A DNA stretch of 64,000 nt from Deltaproteobacteria bacterium (GTDB taxonomy: Bacteria; Myxococcota_A; UBA9042; PHBI01; JACKFB01). Below, piece by piece: positions 57,294 through 64,000 of the stretch (positions are counted from its first letter, which is position 1; each line of letters begins with the position of its first letter). The stretch spans positions 6,231 through 70,230 of the forward strand of contig JACKFB010000014.1 of the NCBI GenBank assembly GCA_020632695.1, written 5' to 3'. Position numbers and translations under genes: made by a program. The notes beneath the pieces are model-generated. The model made no database searches. It was not told the origin of the DNA and was given only the letters and a program-made list of their open reading frames with translations.

Positions 57294-58328
57294 CTACTCG
57301 CCCCTCGGGAAGGTGTGGCCCTGGGCCCGGCACCAGGCGACCGAGCGGCTCATGCCCTCCTCCAGGCTCACCCAGGGCTCGTAGCCCAGCTCGTCGCGCG
57401 CCTTGTCGATGGTGCAGGCGATGTCCTCCGCCATCTCACCGGCCACGTGGACCTCGGTCCAGTAGACACCGACCCGCTGCAGCACCCCGTCGGCCACCGC
57501 GCAGAGCCGGCTGACCAGGGCGGGCAGCTTGCGCGGCCTGGGCCTCGGCACGCCCAGCGCGTCGGCGATGGCGTCGTAGATGTGCACGGTCGGATACGGC
57601 CTGGCGTCAGCGATCCAATACGTGCGTCCGTTGGCCTCGGGGACCGTGGCCGCCAGCATGAGCGCAGAGACCAGGTGGTCCACGTAGGTGAGGCTGCGGA
57701 GGTTCTGGCCCTCGCCGAACATCACCGGGTTGCCGCGGGCGATCATCCCGAAGAAGCGCGTCTGGCGGGCGGCCTGGTGGGGGCCGTAGTACCAGCAGCC
57801 GCGCAGGCTCACGCCCTCGATGCGCCCGGCCGCGACGGCCTGGGCGACCAGGTCCTCGGCGGCGGCCTTGCTGCGCCCGTAGGCCATGTAGGGCGCGACG
57901 CCGTCGTCCTCGCGGAAGGGGCGCCCCAACTCGGTCGAGGTGCCGGCCACGCTGTTGGAGCTCATCAGGACGAAGCGCTTGCAGCCCGCGGCGATCGCCG
58001 CCTCCAGCACCGTGCGCGTCCCGCCGGTGTTGATGTCCATCAGCTCGTCGATGCCGCGCCAGGTCGGGTGGATGATCGCCGCCAGGTGCAGCACCACGTC
58101 CGCGCCCTCGACGGCCTTCTGTACCGCCCGGGCGTCGCGCACGTCGCCGTAGACGACGCGGGTGTGTGCCGGTCGCACCGCCGGCGGCTCGAGGCCCGGC
58201 TGCACCAACAGCGTCAGCGCCTCGACAGACGGCAATTCCGGCGCTCTCGGGTCGCCGAAGCCTTCCGCGAGCACCTCAACCAGCCGGCTGCCCAACCAGC
58301 CGGGAGCCCCCGTGACACACAGCTTCAT
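57294..58328 (-). CDS. NAD-dependent epimerase/dehydratase (SDR)
   Basis: N-terminus is MKLCVTGAPGWLGSRLVEVL. The YxxxK motif is YGRSKAAAE. Confidence 0.8.
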   Translation of the reverse strand: MKLCVTGAPGWLGSRLVEVLAEGFGDPRAPELPSVEALTLLVQPGLEPPAVRPAHTRVVYGDVRDARAVQKAVEGADVVLHLAAIIHPTWRGIDELMDINTGGTRTVLEAAIAAGCKRFVLMSSNSVAGTSTELGRPFREDDGVAPYMAYGRSKAAAEDLVAQAVAAGRIEGVSLRGCWYYGPHQAARQTRFFGMIARGNPVMFGEGQNLRSLTYVDHLVSALMLAATVPEANGRTYWIADARPYPTVHIYDAIADALGVPRPRPRKLPALVSRLCAVADGVLQRVGVYWTEVHVAGEMAEDIACTIDKARDELGYEPWVSLEEGMSRSVAWCRAQGHTFPRGE

Positions 58329-58399
58329 CGTGGGCAGAGATGACACGCTCGCCCCCGCGGCGTCAATGACGGTCGCGCGCCGAACCGGATCGCGCCGGC

Positions 58400-59752
58400 T
58401 CAGAGCGCATCCAGCACCTCCTGGGCGGCGCGCTCGCCCGACTCCAGCGCGCCGTCCATGAAGCCGGCCCAGCGCGTGGCCGTCTCGGTCCCGGCGAAGT
58501 GGATCCGCCCCACCGGCGCGCGCACGGCGTCCCCGCAGGTGGTGAGCGCGCCAGCGGTCCCGATGCCCACCGAGCAGCCGCGCGCCCAGGGATCCGCCAT
58601 CCAGTCGTGCTCGATGACCGCCTCGGGGGCGCCGGCCGGCGGCCCGAAGAGCCCCTCCAGAGCCCGCACCACCGCCGCCTCCCGGGCCGCGGGGCCGCGA
58701 TCGGTCATCGCCCGCGCCGCGTCACCCAGCATGAAGCTCATCAGCAGCCCGGGACCGCCCTCGGCCCGCCCCACGTCGAAGACCAGGCTCACCGGCCCGC
58801 GGTTGCACACCGCCTCGCCCGAGTAGCCGGCGTCCCGCCAGAAGGGGCGCTGGTAGGCGGTGATGACCTTGATCGACGCGCCGATCGGCATGCGCTGGCA
58901 GAGCTGGTCGCGCACCGCGGGCATGGCCGGCTGCCAGTCGATGCGCGCGCACAGGTGCGGCGGCACGGCGACGATGAGCCGGCGCCCCTCGAAGGTGCCG
59001 GCCTCGGTGTGCACGCGCACGCCCGCGTCGTCCTGGCTGATGGCGCGCACCGGCCGTCCCAGCGCCAGGCGCTCGTCCAGCCCCTCGGCCAGGCGCTCGG
59101 AGAGCTGCTGCGCCCCGCCGCGCAGCCGCCGCTCCTGCGCGCCGCCCTCGACCTCGCACAGCGGCATGATCCCGCCGGCGCAGCGCACGTACCATAGGAA
59201 GTAGAGCAGCGAGACCTCGCGCGGCTCCGAGCTGAAGATCGCCCGCACCGCCCCCGCGATCGTGTCCCGCGCGCCGCGGGTGCGCACCTCGGCGTCGACG
59301 TAGGCACCCACGGTCAGGGAGTCCCAGGCCCGCGCCCGCGGCGCGCTCTGCGGGCTGTGCGCCGGCACCTGGCGCGCCATGCGATCGATGCGCCCGATCG
59401 CCCGCTGCAGCTCGATGAGCGCGATCACGTTCAGCGCCGGGATGGTCCCCCGGTAGGCCCGCATCCGCTCGCCCACCTGCATCAGGCTCTTGCCCTCGGC
59501 GCGCTGGGGGTCGGTCGCGATGCCCAGCTCCTGGGCCAGCGCCAGCACGCGGGTCTGCGTCGGCCCGACCCAGGTGCCCCCCACGTCGACCACGTCGCCG
59601 GCGAAGGGGCGCGTGAAGGTGCGGCCGCCCACCCGATCGCGGGCCTCGACCACCTGCACGCTGCGGCCCGCGCGCCGGAGCACGCGCGCCGCCATCAGCC
59701 CGGCCAGCCCTGCCCCGACCACCACCACGTCGCTCTGGCTATGCGCTCCCAT
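58400..59752 (-). CDS. Flavin-containing amine oxidase family protein
   Basis: The FAD Rossmann motif is DVVVVGAGLAGLMAARVL...VVEARDRVGGR. The C-terminal HFAGTETA motif is typical of amine oxidases. The ORF extends upstream to 59839. Confidence 0.8.
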   Translation of the reverse strand: MGAHSQSDVVVVGAGLAGLMAARVLRRAGRSVQVVEARDRVGGRTFTRPFAGDVVDVGGTWVGPTQTRVLALAQELGIATDPQRAEGKSLMQVGERMRAYRGTIPALNVIALIELQRAIGRIDRMARQVPAHSPQSAPRARAWDSLTVGAYVDAEVRTRGARDTIAGAVRAIFSSEPREVSLLYFLWYVRCAGGIMPLCEVEGGAQERRLRGGAQQLSERLAEGLDERLALGRPVRAISQDDAGVRVHTEAGTFEGRRLIVAVPPHLCARIDWQPAMPAVRDQLCQRMPIGASIKVITAYQRPFWRDAGYSGEAVCNRGPVSLVFDVGRAEGGPGLLMSFMLGDAARAMTDRGPAAREAAVVRALEGLFGPPAGAPEAVIEHDWMADPWARGCSVGIGTAGALTTCGDAVRAPVGRIHFAGTETATRWAGFMDGALESGERAAQEVLDAL

Positions 59753-59859
59753 GGGCTGCCCATAGCATGGTGGCCACCGCGCCGACGAGACGCGGTGGCG
59801 GTGGCGACGCGTTCGTCGCAGAGTGCGGCCACCGCGCACCCCCCAGGAGGCCGTATCCC

Positions 59860-60690
59860 ATGGCGCGCCGCTTCATCCTGCCCGCCATCGCCCTGCTCGC
59901 CGCCTGCGTCCCGCTGATCGGCTGCGGGCGGGTGAGCCGCGAGGACGCCGAGGCCGCGATCGATCAGGCGGCGCTGGCCAGCCAGGCCGAGGCGCTCATG
60001 GCGCAGATCGTCGAGCTGGGCGGCGAGATCCCCGCCGAGGGCTCGGTCGAGCAGGCCGCCGAGAGCCTGGCCACCACCATCCGCCGCCGCATCGAGTGCG
60101 TGGACGCCACGGTCAGCGCGGACACCGTCCAGCTCGACTTCGGCGCCCCGGACAGGCCGTGCGCGTGGGCGGGGCGCACGCTCTCGGGCTGCGCCTGGCT
60201 CCGCGTGCTGCAGAACACCGCGGACACCGTGGTGGTGGACCACTATTGGGTGACCGGCTCCGAGCGCGACTGTCACGGCGACGACTTCAGCGACGGCGCG
60301 ATGACCGTCGACGGCACCGCCACGGTGACCTGGACCACGGCCACCGGCGCACGCCAGGTGGCGCAGCACGACATCGTGTGGCGCCAGAACGGCGCGACGC
60401 GCACCGCCTCGGCCAGCGGCGATCTCATCGAGCACGCCCTGAGCGATCCGGCCGGCGTGCGCTTCGACGGGAGCCAGGAGTGGACCAGCGACGGCGCCGC
60501 CTGGCGCGTCACCAGCGGCGACATCGCCCTGGCCTGGGACGACTTCCTGCCCCGCTCCGGCACCCACCGGGTCATCGACCCCGCGGGCGACGAGCTCATC
60601 ATCACCTACGAGCGTGACGCGGACGGCCGCACCCAGGTGCGCGTCGAGGGCGACGGCGACTCCTTCGCCTTCGAGGTCTTCGAGCGCTGA
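59860..60690 (+). CDS. Hypothetical lipoprotein
   Basis: The lipobox is LLAACVPLIGC. It has GC3-biased codons and no recognised domain. Confidence 0.5.
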   Translation: MARRFILPAIALLAACVPLIGCGRVSREDAEAAIDQAALASQAEALMAQIVELGGEIPAEGSVEQAAESLATTIRRRIECVDATVSADTVQLDFGAPDRPCAWAGRTLSGCAWLRVLQNTADTVVVDHYWVTGSERDCHGDDFSDGAMTVDGTATVTWTTATGARQVAQHDIVWRQNGATRTASASGDLIEHALSDPAGVRFDGSQEWTSDGAAWRVTSGDIALAWDDFLPRSGTHRVIDPAGDELIITYERDADGRTQVRVEGDGDSFAFEVFER

Positions 60691-60706
60691 GCGTCTCGGC
60701 CCCCGC

Positions 60707-63010
60707 TCAGAGGTCGCTGAGGTTCAGCCCGGCCGTGTAGCCGTACGAGACGTCCTTGTCGTAGCCGTAGGCGACCACGCCCACCGGCATCGTGGACGAG
60801 AGCCGGTGCACACCGTCGGGCACCTTCATCCGTGCGACCCGGAAGCCCGTCGCCCCGATGGCCTCGAAGTTGCCGCCCGGGATGGTGGTCCCGTCCAAGA
60901 CGACGCTCGCGCCGTCGGGCGCCACCACGTTGATGTAGTCGTCCTGGTACTTGTCCGGCGACAGGAACACGTAGTCCTTGCGGAACTGCTCGGTCGGCGC
61001 GATCGAGATGAGGGCCGGGTCGCCGATGGCCTGGCAGTAGCACTGCTGCGGCGAGAAGCAGGTGCAGGTGTGGCCGCCGGGGCAGCCCGTCGCCTTGCCA
61101 GCCTCCGGGCACTCCGGGGAGAGGCAGACGCGCTGGGTGAAGCTCACCTGGACGCAGCCGTAGCCCGGGTGGCAGTCCTGGTCGACCGTGCAGGGCGATC
61201 CCTCCCGGGTGGTGAGGATCTCCTGGGAGCTGGCCAGGTACTGGGCCGTGGCGAAGGGCTTGTCCGAGCTGACCAGGAAGTCGCTCTTGGTGGCGATCTC
61301 CACCCACTCGCCGCGGTCGAGGGTGCGCGGCGCGGAGACCGAGGCCGGCTCGAAGGTCAGCACGGTCCCGCTCTCGGCCGCGATGAAGCGCCAGTAGTCC
61401 TTCTCGACGCCGCGGGCGAAGGACTTGGTGGCCAGGTAGCTCTTGCCCCAGGTCTTGGTCGGGAACATCTGCTGCTCGAGGTGGTCGGCGCAGCACTCGG
61501 TCGACGAGACGGCCGCCTCGTGGCCGGAGAAGACCCCCACCGGCTTGTCCGACGCGATCACCGTGCCCGTGAGGTCGGAGCCGTCCTGATCGCTCTTGAT
61601 GTTGAGCGCCTCGTAGGGCTCCAGCGTGTACTGGTAGGCGGCGCCGGCGTTCATGACCGCCATCCCGTTGCCCGCCAGGGTGCGGCCGCTGGGGGTCACC
61701 GTGACCGTGGTCCCGGCCTGCGGGGCCACCACGGTGATCTCGCCGCGGTAGGGGGCGGTGCAGATCGTGTCGGTGCCGTCGCTCAGGCAGGACCCGCCGG
61801 GGATCCCGCCGCAGTAGCTCGAGCAGGTCTTGCCCGGCGGCACGTCCAGGCCGCCCACGAACTGGCGCCGGCTGATGGCCAGGTACTCGGTCCCGTAGGT
61901 GTTGGCCGGGATGAGCAGCGACGCGTCGTTGGAGAAGACGTCCACGTTGTCGAGCGGGTTGAACTGGTAGGCGATGATCGGCGCCGTCGACTGGATCCGG
62001 AAGGCGTTCCAGCCCAGGCGCGGCCCGTCGGGCTCGCGTCGCGGGAGCTGGAAGATCTGCAGATCGCCCGGCGCGACCTCCTCCTTGCCGACCTGGTAGG
62101 GACTCGACGCCGGGTCGTCCTTCACCGTGATGGTCACGATCGACTTGGTCGTGGACAGGTTGGACACGATGACCGCGAAGGGGCTGTCCTGGGCCTGCAC
62201 GTGGTTGTCCATGTCGATGGCCCAGTAGTCGCAGCCGCTGTTGGACTTGAACTTGATGTCGCCCGAGCAGGGCGAGACACAGGTGCCGGCCGCGCAGCTC
62301 TCGCCGGCGACGCTGCAGTCCTCGGCGAACGCCCAGGCGCCCTGGTCGCTGCAGGCCTCCGCGACCTCGCCCACGCAGCGCCGCTGGCCCGGGAAGCAGC
62401 TCGTGCACGCGCCCTGGGTGCAGACCTGGTCGCCGCCGCAGACCTGGAGCTGGTCATAGGTGCTGCCGTCGGGTCGGCACTGCATGACGGTGGTCGTGCC
62501 CTTGCAGAGCTTCTGGTTGGGGGTGCACCCCTGGCAGGCGCCGCCCACGCACTGCCCGCCGACGCAGAAGAAGGGGTCCCACCCGGTGCCGGCCGCGTTG
62601 CAGGTGAGCTGGGTCTGCCCGTTGCAGCTCGTCTGCCCCGGGGTGCAGCTCGCCGGGACGCACACGCCATTGGTGCACACCGAGCCCGCGTCGCAGTGCG
62701 TCGCGTCGAGGCACTCGAAGCAGAGCTTGGTCACGCCGCAGTACGGCGCGCCGACGGGGCAGTCGACATCGGTGGTGCAGCCGGGCGGCCCGCCGACGTC
62801 GGGGCCCGGGCCCAGGTCGCCCTGCCCGTCGCCTCCGATGGGCGTCCCGTCCAGCGTGGTGAAGGTGCCGTTGTCGGCGATGATGACCGGCGGCTTGCCC
62901 GTGTCCCCATCGGAGCTGCCGGCGCTGGAGCAGGCGGCGAGCGACGCGCCGGCTGCCACGAGGGCGATCGAGGCGAGGCAAAGGCACGAGCGGATCTGGG
63001 CAGGCTTCAT
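60707..63010 (-). CDS. Lipoprotein with N-terminal cysteine-rich modules and C-terminal IgGFc-binding-protein-N-terminal-like domain
   Basis: The lipobox is LVAAGASLAAC. Multiple CxxGxC modules are present (CTPGQTSCNGQ..., CTPNQKLCKG...). The PVGVFSGHE motif is typical of the IgGFc_binding-like beta-domain. The ORF in the track extends upstream to 63325 with junk-like residues. Confidence 0.7.
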   Translation of the reverse strand: MKPAQIRSCLCLASIALVAAGASLAACSSAGSSDGDTGKPPVIIADNGTFTTLDGTPIGGDGQGDLGPGPDVGGPPGCTTDVDCPVGAPYCGVTKLCFECLDATHCDAGSVCTNGVCVPASCTPGQTSCNGQTQLTCNAAGTGWDPFFCVGGQCVGGACQGCTPNQKLCKGTTTVMQCRPDGSTYDQLQVCGGDQVCTQGACTSCFPGQRRCVGEVAEACSDQGAWAFAEDCSVAGESCAAGTCVSPCSGDIKFKSNSGCDYWAIDMDNHVQAQDSPFAVIVSNLSTTKSIVTITVKDDPASSPYQVGKEEVAPGDLQIFQLPRREPDGPRLGWNAFRIQSTAPIIAYQFNPLDNVDVFSNDASLLIPANTYGTEYLAISRRQFVGGLDVPPGKTCSSYCGGIPGGSCLSDGTDTICTAPYRGEITVVAPQAGTTVTVTPSGRTLAGNGMAVMNAGAAYQYTLEPYEALNIKSDQDGSDLTGTVIASDKPVGVFSGHEAAVSSTECCADHLEQQMFPTKTWGKSYLATKSFARGVEKDYWRFIAAESGTVLTFEPASVSAPRTLDRGEWVEIATKSDFLVSSDKPFATAQYLASSQEILTTREGSPCTVDQDCHPGYGCVQVSFTQRVCLSPECPEAGKATGCPGGHTCTCFSPQQCYCQAIGDPALISIAPTEQFRKDYVFLSPDKYQDDYINVVAPDGASVVLDGTTIPGGNFEAIGATGFRVARMKVPDGVHRLSSTMPVGVVAYGYDKDVSYGYTAGLNLSDL

Positions 63011-63126
63011 GGCGACCGTCCGGGAGCGCGGGCTCGGCGGTAAACCCCGCGAACTCCCTTGATTAGCACCGCTGCGCGGCTCGGAACAAGTTCGTGTTCG
63101 CCAACCGCGCCGTCCGGGGCTCCCGT

Positions 63127-64000
63127 TCACCGGGCGTCCTCGACGCAGCGGTCGGCGATGACGTGGCAGCGCCCGTCCTGGCAGGCCTCGGCGGTGCAGT
63201 CGACCCCGTCGTCGCAGGGGCGCGGCGCGTGCTCGCACGCCCCGGCGACGCAGGCGTCGTCGGTGCACGGGTCGCCGTCGTCGCAGCCGCCGGCCAGGGC
63301 ACAGGGCACGCCGCAGCCCGCCCACTCGGCGCCCCAGAGCTGGATCGCGTGCAGCACCGGCCCGGCCCCGAGGCCCGCATCACCGTCGGCCTGGAACACC
63401 ACCGACAGCGTGCCGACGCCGGGGCCGCCGAGGGCGATGTCGACCGTGACCGGCGCGTCGCCCTGCCCCAGGTCGGCGTCGGCGTCCCACAGCAGCGTAC
63501 CGTCGCGGAACACCGACAGGTGGTCGGCGAAGGGGTCGGCCGGGTCCAGCTCCAGGCTCAGGGTGAGGCGCAGCGTGGCCTCGGGCGGCAGCGTCGCCGA
63601 GCCCCAGCGCAGGATCGCCAGGACCGGCGCCGAGCCGTAGTCGGCGGCGAGGCCCGTGGCATCCCCGAGGCGCAGGTGGCCCGCGTCCTCGACCCAGCCG
63701 AGCCCGCCGTTCGGGGCGAGGAGCTCGACGTCGGGAGGCAGCGCGGCCAGGTCCAGCTCGCGCGCGAGGGCCGGCGTGGCCACGAGGGGGGTGAAGCTGC
63801 AGTCGGCCGGGTCGTTGCCCGCGGCGCCTGGGGGCGCGGCGCAGGCGTCGACCGTGCAGGGGTCGCCGTCGTCGCACTCGGCCTGCTCCAGCGTGCACAG
63901 GGACTCGGCGTCGCAGGGAGCGTCGGCGCAGGGCGCGCCGGGCAGGCAGACCACGGGCACGGACTGGCAGGCGCCCGACTGGCAGCGCTCGGCGTCGCAG
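63127..64000 (-). CDS. Myxococcal cysteine-rich-repeat protein (N-terminus beyond the window edge)
   Basis: CDDGDPCTVDAC and CDDGDPCTDDACVAGACEH repeats flank a ~200 aa beta-rich middle domain. Cys-rich coding continues to nt 64000. Confidence 0.65.
   Translation of the reverse strand, partial: CDAERCQSGACQSVPVVCLPGAPCADAPCDAESLCTLEQAECDDGDPCTVDACAAPPGAAGNDPADCSFTPLVATPALARELDLAALPPDVELLAPNGGLGWVEDAGHLRLGDATGLAADYGSAPVLAILRWGSATLPPEATLRLTLSLELDPADPFADHLSVFRDGTLLWDADADLGQGDAPVTVDIALGGPGVGTLSVVFQADGDAGLGAGPVLHAIQLWGAEWAGCGVPCALAGGCDDGDPCTDDACVAGACEHAPRPCDDGVDCTAEACQDGRCHVIADRCVEDAR

Noticed and set aside
53968-57384. 1138-aa ORF on plus strand
   Set aside because: It is antisense to nupC, asnB and the epimerase gene. 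It is A/G/R/V/E/Q-rich and a shadow-ORF artifact.
60614-63043. 809-aa ORF on plus strand
   Set aside because: It is antisense to the Cys-rich / IgGFc-binding-like lipoprotein gene.

Overview
This 64 kb window is very GC-rich (about 70-73% GC, strong GC3 bias) and looks like a Myxococcota chromosome segment. Markers are the myxococcal cysteine-rich repeats (CDDGDPCT-type), thrombospondin-3 and lamin-tail domains, and many lipoproteins joined by (GAGACC)n-encoded acidic linkers. I could not run similarity searches, so every call rests on motifs read in the supplied translations. Confident genes include a MoxR/CoxD-like AAA+ ATPase with a CoxE-like VWA partner, dsbD, a quinone oxidoreductase, an L,D-transpeptidase fused to a thioredoxin domain, plsB, a class A PBP, a tatB-tatC-cstA string joined by GTGA overlaps, an accC-BCCP-mutase operon, thiI, a triple-DsbA lipoprotein, maf and a Ser/Thr kinase. 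A long minus-strand operon carries an amine oxidase, two SDR epimerases, asnB, nupC and a DUF62 SAM hydroxide adenosyltransferase. I found no rRNA, tRNA or CRISPR. Most of the very long ORFs in the track are antisense or alternative-frame artifacts of the high GC. Four things stand out. (i) A family of about 450-bp intergenic elements (copies A, B, C) shares an identical 46-nt hairpin core and a G-rich hexamer tract; the B/C pair forms inverted repeats around an 8.4 kb tat/cstA module. (ii) A 7 kb stretch (5.4-12.6 kb) shows gene decay. (iii) Several fusions are unusual: TatC with a 350-aa extension, a putative M50-like protease with PqqD-like and cNMP-like domains, and a B12-domain-less mutase attached to a biotin carboxylase operon. 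(iv) A nucleoside/SAM-related operon may be a small biosynthetic or salvage cluster.
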